A DNA stretch of 64,000 bases from Promethearchaeota archaeon (GTDB taxonomy: Archaea; Asgardarchaeota; Lokiarchaeia; Sigyniarchaeales; SOKP01). This document shows, one piece after another, positions 29,626 through 38,815 of the stretch. A program made the translations under genes and the position numbers. The notes beneath the pieces were generated by a model, which saw only the letters and a list, made by a program, of their open reading frames with translations, was not told the DNA's origin and did not search any database. The stretch lies in NCBI GenBank assembly GCA_030603385.1, contig JAUVXW010000016.1, positions 1 to 64,000 on the forward strand, read 5' to 3'. Numbering within the stretch: position 1 is the first letter of the stretch; every line of letters begins with the position of its first letter.

Positions 29626-30777
29626 ATGAAAGATCTTGTTCCCATTGAAAAAGTAATAGAAGAAAATGTTCGAGTTAAAGAACTTGAAGATCAAGGATTT
29701 ATAATAAATCCTGAAAAATTAGATGAATATTTGAAAGAATTCAAGAATCGAACTAGTACTTCACCCAACAAAAACTATTGGAAAGATAAAAGAGCATTAA
29801 TAACAGGAATAAGTGGTTTTGCTGGCAGTCATTTAGCTGAACAACTATTAGATTTAGGATGTGAAGTTCATGGAACTATTCGACGACATGCTGTTCCTAT
29901 GCACGAAAATATAGAGCATTTAAGGGGTAAGGTATTATTACATGAAGCAGATATAACAAGCGCAGAAAGGATCCTTAGAATCTTTGAAGAAATTAGACCT
30001 AATGCTGTATTTCATCTTGCTGCAGAATCATTTGTGCCTACTTCCTTTAGAGAACCAGCTAGAGTAAGTCATAACAATATTATAGGAACTATCATAATAT
30101 TTGAAGCAGCAAGAAGGTTTGATGACGATTTAGAAAGTATTCAGGTCGCCTGTAGCAGTGAGCAATATGGACTAGTTGATCCAAATGAAGTTCCTGTATC
30201 AGAAAATTTGAAAACGAATCCCTTTCGACCAAGAAGTATTTATGGGATAACAAAAGTCGCCACTGAACAGATAGCGTGGTTATATCATAATTCCTATGGT
30301 GTTCCTAGTATAATTACAAGAGGATTTAATCATGAAGGACCAAGAAGAGGAATACAGTTTGTAACAAGTGTCATTCATCGACAAATTGTAGAAATTATAG
30401 AAGGGAAAAGGGATAATATTGTAATTGGAAATCCTAACGCTATTAGAGATTTCACCCATGTTAAAGATACTGTTAATGCATATATATTGGTTAGTGAAAA
30501 AAAGAAATATAGCGAACCATACAATGTTTGTTCTGGAAAGGGAATTATGATAGGCGACTATGTTGAATTAGCGAAAAAAACTTTTAACATTTCTGCTAAA
30601 GTATTTGTTGATCCAAACCGGTTGCGACCAAGTGAAGTCCCTTTACTTATCGGAAGAAATGATAAAATCTTCAACGAAACTGGATGGAAACCTGTACGTT
30701 CAATTATTGATATTATAAAAGATGGTGTTGAATACTTCCAAATACATCCAGAACAATTAGGAATTGAAGCACATTAA
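29626..30777 (+). CDS. gmd: GDP-mannose 4,6-dehydratase
   Basis: ALITGISGFAG, HLAAESFV, SSEQYG, YGITK, FNHEGPRRG, RPSEV. Confidence 0.8.
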   Translation: MKDLVPIEKVIEENVRVKELEDQGFIINPEKLDEYLKEFKNRTSTSPNKNYWKDKRALITGISGFAGSHLAEQLLDLGCEVHGTIRRHAVPMHENIEHLRGKVLLHEADITSAERILRIFEEIRPNAVFHLAAESFVPTSFREPARVSHNNIIGTIIIFEAARRFDDDLESIQVACSSEQYGLVDPNEVPVSENLKTNPFRPRSIYGITKVATEQIAWLYHNSYGVPSIITRGFNHEGPRRGIQFVTSVIHRQIVEIIEGKRDNIVIGNPNAIRDFTHVKDTVNAYILVSEKKKYSEPYNVCSGKGIMIGDYVELAKKTFNISAKVFVDPNRLRPSEVPLLIGRNDKIFNETGWKPVRSIIDIIKDGVEYFQIHPEQLGIEAH

Positions 30778-30826
30778 ATTAAATTTCTCTTTCAAAAATT
30801 TTAAAAAAATTGAAATGATTTTGTAT

Positions 30827-31543
30827 TTAGATATTCAATTCTTTTTTTTGAATTTGGATTAAATCTAAAATACCCTTTTCCCCCAATTCCATTATTTCAT
30901 CTAGTTTCTTTTTAGTGAAAGTAGCTCCTTCAGCAGTTCCTTGAATTTCAATAATTTCAGAATTCTCATTCATTACTAAATTAAAATCCACATCAACCTT
31001 AGAATCTTCAACATAGTTTAAATCAAGTAAGACTTGATCATCCTTTATCCCTAATGAAATTGCGGCTATTACCTTATAATCTGGAAAATCATAAATTAAT
31101 TGTTGATTATAGAGATAATTTAATGCATCAAATACTGCTATAAACGCTCCTGTTATTGAAGCACATCTAGTCCCACCATCCGCTTGTATCACATCACAAT
31201 CAATTCTTATTGTTCTTTCACCGAGTTTCTCATAATTGAAAGCAGCACGCATACTACGCCCAATTAATCGTTGAATTTCCATAGATCTTCCTCTATTAGT
31301 GTCTCTCTGATTTCTTACATGTGTTGCTCTTGGTAACATTGAATATTCAGCAGTAATCCAACCGGTTCCAGTATCAACTAGAAATCTTGGTACTGAATCC
31401 ATAACTGATGCGGTTACAATAACTTTAGTACTTCCTTGAGTTAATAGTACAGAACCTTCTGGATACTTAAGAAAATTTCTTTTTATCGTTGTTTTTCTAA
31501 TTTCATTAAATTTCCGTCCATCAAACCTTATATTCCCAACCAT
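30827..31543 (-). CDS. rph: Ribonuclease PH (bacterial type)
   Basis: GWITAEYSMLPRAT, EIQRLIGRSMRA, DCDVIQADGGTRCASITGA, IEIQGTAEG. Confidence 0.93.
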   Translation of the reverse strand: MVGNIRFDGRKFNEIRKTTIKRNFLKYPEGSVLLTQGSTKVIVTASVMDSVPRFLVDTGTGWITAEYSMLPRATHVRNQRDTNRGRSMEIQRLIGRSMRAAFNYEKLGERTIRIDCDVIQADGGTRCASITGAFIAVFDALNYLYNQQLIYDFPDYKVIAAISLGIKDDQVLLDLNYVEDSKVDVDFNLVMNENSEIIEIQGTAEGATFTKKKLDEIMELGEKGILDLIQIQKKELNI

Positions 31544-31679
31544 CTATAAAAAACCTAATTTTATCCGTCTAATAATCAGTAAAAATTTAAAATTCTTTAA
31601 TTAATGAAAAGAGTATATTATAATATATTTCGCTAAGTAAAAAAGTTACTAAAAATAGAAAATATGCCAAATTATATTA

Positions 31680-32780
31680 TTATACCATTGGATAAGACCC
31701 TAATATTTTACACCAGATTACATCCTCATTAATTTTTTCAAAAACCTGTACAACTTTCTCTTCATCTTTATTACCCTCAAAATCCATCAGAAAAATGTAC
31801 TCCCAACGTCCTCTTCTCCTTGGACGAGATTCAATTTTTAATAAATTAATATTTGCATCAGCAAAAATCTTCAATACACGATATAAAGCTCCTGGAGTAT
31901 GCTTTGTGACAAAGACCACTGAGGTTTTGATTTTTCCCTCTTTATGATCATTTTCTCTTTTAGAAATTATTAGAAACCTAGTAAAATTTAATGGGTTATC
32001 TTCAATATTAGTGCTTAGAACTTTCAAATTATAGATTTGGCTTGAAAATTCAGTTCCTATTGCAGAATACGATTCATCATTTAATTCTTGAACTCTTCGA
32101 ACTGCTTCAGCCGTTGAATTTACACTAATCAATTTAACATTGGGCAGATTAGTTTTAATCCAGATCCTAGTTTGAGCAAAAGCTTGAGGATGAGAAATTA
32201 TTGTTTGGATTTTTGATAAATCAGAGTTTTTCACAGATATTAGATTTTGAATAATTCTTAACTCAATTTCTCCGTATATGATGAGATTTTTCTCAATTAA
32301 TAAATCAAGTGTTTCCCTAACCGTGCCTTGAAGGCTATTTTCAATGGGAATGACTCCAAAATCGATTAGACCTTTTTCTACATTTTCGAATATTTCTAGT
32401 GAACTACTGGCTGTTCTTAATTCTGATCCTGCTTTAGGGAAAGATTCTAAAGCTGCTTGATGGGTAAAGGTTCCTTTTGGGCCTAAGTATCCAACTTTTG
32501 TTATCGAACCTTGAATTAACTTACTTGCGCTCATGATTTCTTTCCAAATAGCTTCTATGCTCGAATCTTTGAAAATAGATGACTTACTTTTCAACCTATC
32601 AATAATTTCCTTTTCTCTTTGTGGTTGAAACACCTTCATATCTAATCGATCTTTTAGATCTCCTATCGCAGCTACAATGTTCCCACGTTTGTTTAGGAGT
32701 TCTACAATAGTATCATCGATTTTATCGATTTCTTCCCTTAACTTTCTTAATTCTTTTTTCAAATTGTTTTGATTGTTCAT
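31680..32780 (-). CDS. pheA: Chorismate mutase/prephenate dehydratase
   Basis: LREEIDKID CM domain; YLGPKGTFT, PIENS, SHPQA, NFTRF, ACT domain IESRP. Confidence 0.95.
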   Translation of the reverse strand: MNNQNNLKKELRKLREEIDKIDDTIVELLNKRGNIVAAIGDLKDRLDMKVFQPQREKEIIDRLKSKSSIFKDSSIEAIWKEIMSASKLIQGSITKVGYLGPKGTFTHQAALESFPKAGSELRTASSSLEIFENVEKGLIDFGVIPIENSLQGTVRETLDLLIEKNLIIYGEIELRIIQNLISVKNSDLSKIQTIISHPQAFAQTRIWIKTNLPNVKLISVNSTAEAVRRVQELNDESYSAIGTEFSSQIYNLKVLSTNIEDNPLNFTRFLIISKRENDHKEGKIKTSVVFVTKHTPGALYRVLKIFADANINLLKIESRPRRRGRWEYIFLMDFEGNKDEEKVVQVFEKINEDVIWCKILGSYPMV

Positions 32781-32813
32781 ATCAGAATATTTAATATAAT
32801 TGATTTAAAATTA

Positions 32814-34505
32814 TTAATAATTAAAAAAGTGTTCAATATTTAGTTCAAATGCCGAAACAGGAAACTCTAGTTTAAAATTCAACAAAATTTCTGGATGTAG
32901 CTCACCAATTTCACCAATAATCAAATCTTTTAAATAAATTTCCCCATATCGACCATCGATATAACTTGGATTTTTCCCAGGTTTTATTTCATAATCATCA
33001 AAGTATCCAAGTGAAGTCATTATAAAGTCTAAAGAAGATTTTATTTCAGTATAATCTGCATCTTCATGATAAGAAACAGCAGATAAATGTACTTCTCTTT
33101 TAGTTCCTGTTTCTTCTTTTTTTGATAGTAAGATAACATCACCAACTTCAAATATTCTTATAGGTTTTTCTTCAGATCGATTTAAAAGCAAAGTATCCAT
33201 TAATTTAGGAAGTATCCTTGTTCTAGTTGTATTATACTCTTTAGAGACAGGATTAGCAATTTCAACAATTTCCCCAATCTCAGATTCTTGTTTCATATAG
33301 TTAAATTGCTTATCTGAACTTGCAAGAATGAAATTTATAACCTCTAAATATCCTGCCCCTATCATAATCTTTCTTATCCTATTTGAGTAGTCTTGTATTG
33401 GATGATATTGCCCTATACCCCCCTCGTGAATTGTAAGAGGTAAATTAAAGTAGCCATAACCAATAGCACATTCCTCAGTGAAGTCAATTGGATGCATAAG
33501 ATCCCCCCTATAAGCAGGTACTACAACATCTAAGTGTCCTTTCTTTTTAGATTTTTCTGCATCCATTCTAACTTTTTTAAAACATTTTATCATTTCTGAA
33601 GTTGATAAATTCAAACCAATAACACTATTAATATAATCAACATTAACTTCCCATTTTTTTGGTTCTAAATTAGGTGTGACTATTTCACTTTCTCCTTCAT
33701 AGTTTACTTTAACAGTCTCTAATTTTGCACCCATATCGGCTAATGTAGTAGATAGGATATTTAAAGCTAAGTTTATTGCATTAAAATCCGTACCAGTTAA
33801 ATCTAAAAATAAGTTTTTTGTTTCATCTGTTACCGTAGTAAGAACTCCATTTATAACAGGTGGAAAGGACAATACTTCGTTATTACTGTCAAAAATAATT
33901 GGATATACTTCTTTACCTTCTAAAATATGAGCATATTCAATACCCTTTTCATGTAATAATAATATCTCTTCTAAATTCATTGGATATCCATCCCCATGTA
34001 ATGGAACAAAGCTAACAGAATCTGGTTTTACAGCAGTATATCTGTAAGGAGAAACAACTTTATCTAAATCATGTACTCCAATTGCTACTTTTCTTCTATC
34101 CCTTCCAACCGCCCAATGTAAATGTTCTTGAATATTCATTAATGTAGCAACTTCATCTTCATCTAAATCAATATCACGAATAATTCCACAGACTATATAT
34201 GGTCGAACTTTTTTTACGCTGGGATCTACATTCAAGACTATGTCTCCTGAAATAACATCAAAAGATGGGAGACCTTCCTCAATTTCATAATATCCTTTAA
34301 GAGCTCTAGCAATACCTTCAGGACTAGAAAAATCTGGTCTATTAGGACTATATTCAACTTTTACTTTTTGTTCTTTCTCATTGATATCTTCCAAATCTAG
34401 ACTAATCCCTTGTAGATCATATTCTAATTCTTTCAGATCTAATTTTTTTCCGACTAATCTTTCTAATCTTTCAACTTTTAATTCAATTGTAGGCACATTA
34501 ATCAC
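32814..34505 (-). CDS. pheT: Phenylalanine--tRNA ligase beta subunit (archaeal type)
   Basis: PNRPDF, RRKVAIGVHDLD, SFPPVIN, GELHP; start probably GTG 34496 after AGGTGA. Confidence 0.95.
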   Translation of the reverse strand: MINVPTIELKVERLERLVGKKLDLKELEYDLQGISLDLEDINEKEQKVKVEYSPNRPDFSSPEGIARALKGYYEIEEGLPSFDVISGDIVLNVDPSVKKVRPYIVCGIIRDIDLDEDEVATLMNIQEHLHWAVGRDRRKVAIGVHDLDKVVSPYRYTAVKPDSVSFVPLHGDGYPMNLEEILLLHEKGIEYAHILEGKEVYPIIFDSNNEVLSFPPVINGVLTTVTDETKNLFLDLTGTDFNAINLALNILSTTLADMGAKLETVKVNYEGESEIVTPNLEPKKWEVNVDYINSVIGLNLSTSEMIKCFKKVRMDAEKSKKKGHLDVVVPAYRGDLMHPIDFTEECAIGYGYFNLPLTIHEGGIGQYHPIQDYSNRIRKIMIGAGYLEVINFILASSDKQFNYMKQESEIGEIVEIANPVSKEYNTTRTRILPKLMDTLLLNRSEEKPIRIFEVGDVILLSKKEETGTKREVHLSAVSYHEDADYTEIKSSLDFIMTSLGYFDDYEIKPGKNPSYIDGRYGEIYLKDLIIGEIGELHPEILLNFKLEFPVSAFELNIEHFFNY

Positions 34506-34506
34506 C

Positions 34507-36048
34507 TTATTTAAGATATGATTGTTGTCTTAACCAATTAATTGGGTTAATATAAAAATCTCTAATATCTTTCCGACCGTAATAAAGCATAGCGATTCTC
34601 TCAAGACCTTGACCCCATGCTAAAACACGTGTAGGTTCCTTAATCCCCCATGGATAAGTAACCTCTGGTCTAAATATCCCTGATCCGCCCATTTCTAGCC
34701 ATTCATCCAATTTATCATAATATACAGAAACTTCCATACTAGGCTCTGTATAAGGAAAAAATCCTGGTCTTGTTATGATCTTTTTGAAGCCCATTTTTCT
34801 ATAAAATTCTGATAGTAATCCAATTAAATCACATAGAGTAACATTATCATCAATCACAATTCCTTCTATTTGGGTAAATTCAGCTAGATGAGACTTATCA
34901 ACTTTTTCATTTCGAAATACTCTATCAACACAAAATACTTTTACTGGAACTTTTTCATTGTTTCTATAAAACTGAGCCAACCTACGCATTGTAGTGGCGG
35001 TAGTATGAGTTCTTAAAACTGTTTTCTTGGCAGTATTGATGTCCCATGCATATCTCCATCCAGAAGAGCCTGAATCACCTCCATTTTCATGTATTTCTTT
35101 TACAGCTAAAACTCTTTCTTTTTCTGGTAATTTTGCTGTTTTTGGATTATTAAGGTAGAATGTATCTTGCATTTCACGAGCGGGATGATCTTGAGGTTGA
35201 AATAATGCATCAAAATTATAAAAAGCACTTTCAATAATAGGGCCTCTTATTTCAGTAAAACCCATTGATAAGAAAATTTCTCTTATTTCATTTATTAGAT
35301 TAATTAAAGGGTGAATCTTTCCCGCTTTTAATAATGGACCAGGTTTGGAAACATCAAAAGGTTTTAAATCAAAATTTTTCCAGGTCCCTGAACTTAGCAT
35401 CTCAGAAGTTATTTTACTTACTTGTGTTAGCTCATTAATCTCCGAAATAGAGATCTTTTTACCTTTTTCAGTTAAGTATAGAATACGTTGAGTTTTACGA
35501 TTCTTTTCTATTAATTTTCTTTTATTTAGAACATCTATTAGCTTTTGGTCATCTTTAGAAAATTTAGAAAAATCAATTGCAAGATTTTCTTCAAATTTTT
35601 TTAAAACTTTTTCCAGTTCTGTTGGTGGAAACTCTTCAGCAACTATAAATATCTTGTTTTCCCCTGAAGCTTTGCTTTGACTAATCCACCTATTTTTTTT
35701 TAGATTTGAAATTCCAACATAAAAAATGTTTCTATCTAAATTTGATCGTTTCAGCAAGTCATCTAAAGTAATTTCTTTAATTTCATCTTTTATCATTATA
35801 TTTATTAATTTGCGTTCGGGTAATTCATTTTTCAAATATGCCCTCCCTTCATCATTTAAAGAAATCTGATATATATCTTCTTCTTTAAATCCTCCTAAAT
35901 TATGTTCAATGAAATCATTCACTGCTGACATAAGAACTATATAATCAATTCCCATTTCTTCAGCGACTTTAGTAGCTATTACATTAGATCGCTTTTTCTT
36001 AAGCAATTTTAGAATTTCAATCGTTCGTTTTTTAAGCTTGATTATCAT
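34507..36048 (-). CDS. pheS: Phenylalanine--tRNA ligase alpha subunit (archaeal/eukaryotic type)
   Basis: PQDHPAREMQDTF, LRTHTT, FRNE..H..EFTQ, FPYTEPS, GLERIAM. Confidence 0.97.
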   Translation of the reverse strand: MIIKLKKRTIEILKLLKKKRSNVIATKVAEEMGIDYIVLMSAVNDFIEHNLGGFKEEDIYQISLNDEGRAYLKNELPERKLINIMIKDEIKEITLDDLLKRSNLDRNIFYVGISNLKKNRWISQSKASGENKIFIVAEEFPPTELEKVLKKFEENLAIDFSKFSKDDQKLIDVLNKRKLIEKNRKTQRILYLTEKGKKISISEINELTQVSKITSEMLSSGTWKNFDLKPFDVSKPGPLLKAGKIHPLINLINEIREIFLSMGFTEIRGPIIESAFYNFDALFQPQDHPAREMQDTFYLNNPKTAKLPEKERVLAVKEIHENGGDSGSSGWRYAWDINTAKKTVLRTHTTATTMRRLAQFYRNNEKVPVKVFCVDRVFRNEKVDKSHLAEFTQIEGIVIDDNVTLCDLIGLLSEFYRKMGFKKIITRPGFFPYTEPSMEVSVYYDKLDEWLEMGGSGIFRPEVTYPWGIKEPTRVLAWGQGLERIAMLYYGRKDIRDFYINPINWLRQQSYLK

Positions 36049-36102
36049 AACCTTCAGTTGTTACACTTTATTCTTTCGTTATTATTTTTAAAATCTCAAA
36101 TG

Positions 36103-36118
36103 TTTATAAATCTTTCGT
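36103..36118 (-). promoter_or_regulatory. Probable BRE + TATA box of pheS-pheT-pheA operon
   Basis: Minus strand CGAAAGA-TTTATAAA about 55 nt upstream of pheS start. Confidence 0.45.
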
Positions 36119-36412
36119 GAATGAAATCGTTTAATTTTGCTCGTTCTTGAATTAGAACAAACATCTAACTTTTTTTATTTTTTAATAATTTAGCTTTAAG
36201 ATTTAGTAAATTAAAACTCATCCGCAGCCAAGGGATCAGTCTCTATATTGAATTTTTAATCCCTTGGCAAATTAAAGAAATTAACAAAAAATAGAGCTTG
36301 ATTGAGACTTACGTCTATATAGACAAGATAGGTTAATGAACACATAAATTTCTCTTCTCAAGCTATAATTACTTTTTAAAATAAATATAGAAATAATTGT
36401 TAAAAATTTTTT

Positions 36413-36859
36413 TTATTGCATATTATCTCTTATAGATGTAGAACTAATTTTCTTTTTGTTTTTATCTTTAATTATAGGAATCACAATAAGAATGAGTGGT
36501 TTTAATCCCATTTCTTCTCTGTTATTATTTAACTTTGAAGCATTTTCATATGTTTCTTGGCTTACAATTAATCCCTCATATTCCGGATCTTGAGCATATT
36601 TATTCATATCATCCCAATTTTTTATATCAACAATATTAATCCGCTTTAAATCTGCAATAGACTTAATATAAGTTTTCAGATTCTCTTTTCTGGTTTCATA
36701 ATCTTCTAATTTTGAAGCAAATTGCTTATTCTCTAAAAGATTCTGAGTGGTTAATCCAATCTCTATATAATCAGAAAGAGATAAAGCAGTTTTTAATAAG
36801 AATTTATGTCCTTCATGAAGATGATCGAATGTTCCCCCCAATCCAACTTTCTTTAGAAT
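36413..36859 (-). CDS. coaD: Phosphopantetheine adenylyltransferase (archaeal/eukaryotic type)
   Basis: KVGLGGTFDHLHEGH, IVSQET, ISSTSIR; start proposed at ATT 36859. Confidence 0.9.
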   Translation of the reverse strand: MLKKVGLGGTFDHLHEGHKFLLKTALSLSDYIEIGLTTQNLLENKQFASKLEDYETRKENLKTYIKSIADLKRINIVDIKNWDDMNKYAQDPEYEGLIVSQETYENASKLNNNREEMGLKPLILIVIPIIKDKNKKKISSTSIRDNMQ

Positions 36860-36890
36860 TAGACAATCACCTTATCGCTAAGACAAATTT

Positions 36891-37331
36891 TCATAATTTT
36901 TCCTTAGATTTCAGAATTTGTTTCGGCTTTTCTGCGGTTTTACTAGATTCAGTAGGTTTTTTCAATCTTACAGAATAAATTTGCTTAACCTCCATCATAT
37001 CATCGCATTTAACACATTTATCTATTTTGCTAAAAACAAAATCTCCTTTCTCATAATTTCTAACTTTTGTAAGTCCACATAGATTGCAGATTAAAATCGT
37101 CAACGTTTGTCTTATAGGTTCTGATGGTCTTTTTTGCATTTGTATCAACGTTGCACCTAAACAGATTAGCATAAATCCCATTGTCCATCCTGAAACTTCA
37201 TCAGGAAGAATCCCGGTATAAATAAAAAGTGCTCCTAAAATAATTAAAAATATAGAAAGTAAATTTTTTAGGACGCTTTTGAAAGTAATTCCTTTTTTTA
37301 ATATATCCTCGTCGTCTTCTTCTTCTATCAT
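36891..37331 (-). CDS. Conserved archaeal-type protein, two TM helices + C-terminal Zn ribbon
   Basis: Two hydrophobic helices; CNLC..R.YEKGDFV..CVKC. Confidence 0.65.
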   Translation of the reverse strand: MIEEEDDEDILKKGITFKSVLKNLLSIFLIILGALFIYTGILPDEVSGWTMGFMLICLGATLIQMQKRPSEPIRQTLTILICNLCGLTKVRNYEKGDFVFSKIDKCVKCDDMMEVKQIYSVRLKKPTESSKTAEKPKQILKSKEKL

Positions 37332-37451
37332 GGAAAATGTTCTAATATCTCGTTTTCTATGCTTAATAATCGAAAAGAATAAATAAATTTTGTTATTATA
37401 AAACCTTAATAGATAAAAGTATTCAATTTTAAGTTAAGGTATCTAACAAAA

Positions 37452-38594
37452 ATGTTTAGTATTTTTCAATTTGGTGCTGATGGAGCTGATCCGATAAGTT
37501 TAGTTATCCAACTTTTATGGTTTGTTCTTATTTTTGTAAGTATTTTTTATGGACAGAAAATTCAAGGTTGGAAAGCTGCTAAAGAAATACAAGGGGGATT
37601 AGAAAAATTAAAAAAATGGAATGATGAATGTAAGGAAATTTTGGTTAGTAATTTTAAAGAATTTGCTGATAAAAAGAAAACTCAAAAAGATTTAATGCTT
37701 CAACTTGAAGATTTCATTACTTTTGTTACAATTCCTCCTGTTTCACTAGATCCATATGGTATTATTTCAAAATTCGATCATGTTGTTGATGTTAGGGATT
37801 ACCGATTTAAAGAAGAAGTTGAGTTATTGGCACCGAAAGCTGATATTGTTCAAAGATATAATTTAGAGAATTTGTTGGAAGTTACAATGGCTATTGATTT
37901 TATATATAGACTTATAAGACATTATCTCATACTTGGTAAGAAATCAAAATCAATGATTTTACTATTACAAATCTCAATGCAATTAGGATTAATATTAAGT
38001 ATGGCAAAAGCCTATTATTATGCGGCAAAAGCTTTTTCAGAAGGGAGTCCCATTGGAGACGCTCTAGGCCCATTAGTCACTGCTAGCTTCGTAAGGGATG
38101 TTTCAGATGGAGAGGTGGAATCAAAAGAAATTGTTAGAGATACTATTGTACAAGAAGTGGATTTTGAAGATCGTAAGATTTTTGTAGTGAGGGCAAAAGG
38201 ACCTGGTGGAACCGTAGGAAAACTAGGGAAAGCTATTAAGATGCTGATTGATGAGCATGGTGACGAAATTTCTCGAATAATTATGATTGATGCGGGATTA
38301 AAATTAACAGGAGATAAAACAGGATCAATTGCTGTAGGTGTTGGTGCTGCTATAGGAGGAATTGGTATTGAAAAACATTTTATAGAAGAATCTTCTACAA
38401 GTAAATCAATTCCAATCGATGCTCTTATTTGTAAACAATCACTAGAAGATGCTATTACCACAATGAAGAGACCCATAACCCAAAGTGTGCCAAAATTTAT
38501 TGAAAAAATAAAGATGGCTCTGAGGAAAAGGACAGAAAAAGGCTCCAAAGTAATTATTGCAGGAATTGGAAACTCAATTGGAATAGGTATTTAA
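37452..38594 (+). CDS. DUF1512-family archaeal membrane-anchored protein
   Basis: PIGDALGP, KGPGGTVG, IDAGLKL..E/DKTG, GVGAAIGG, GIGNSIGIG. Confidence 0.8.
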   Translation: MFSIFQFGADGADPISLVIQLLWFVLIFVSIFYGQKIQGWKAAKEIQGGLEKLKKWNDECKEILVSNFKEFADKKKTQKDLMLQLEDFITFVTIPPVSLDPYGIISKFDHVVDVRDYRFKEEVELLAPKADIVQRYNLENLLEVTMAIDFIYRLIRHYLILGKKSKSMILLLQISMQLGLILSMAKAYYYAAKAFSEGSPIGDALGPLVTASFVRDVSDGEVESKEIVRDTIVQEVDFEDRKIFVVRAKGPGGTVGKLGKAIKMLIDEHGDEISRIIMIDAGLKLTGDKTGSIAVGVGAAIGGIGIEKHFIEESSTSKSIPIDALICKQSLEDAITTMKRPITQSVPKFIEKIKMALRKRTEKGSKVIIAGIGNSIGIGI

Positions 38595-38815
38595 TTATTT
38601 TACTTTTTATTCTGTTTAGTTTTTAATACTTTTTATTTATTTCACTCTTTAAAAACTGATCCGTTATAATCTTAATAGAATTTTTATAATCTCCTAAATG
38701 AGAAAATAGAAATTGTTTTATAATTAAGCAAATAAGATTACTTAATTGAACTAATTAATAAAATGGAATTAAAGTCAAAAAAAATATATATTACATGATT
38801 TGAGGTGTAAAGAAA

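Noticed and set aside
36096-36164. 22-codon uORF with three Phe codons upstream of pheS (attenuator leader?)
   Set aside because: Phe codons are scattered and expected in AT-rich DNA; the ORF spans the probable TATA box, so it is likely not on the pheS mRNA
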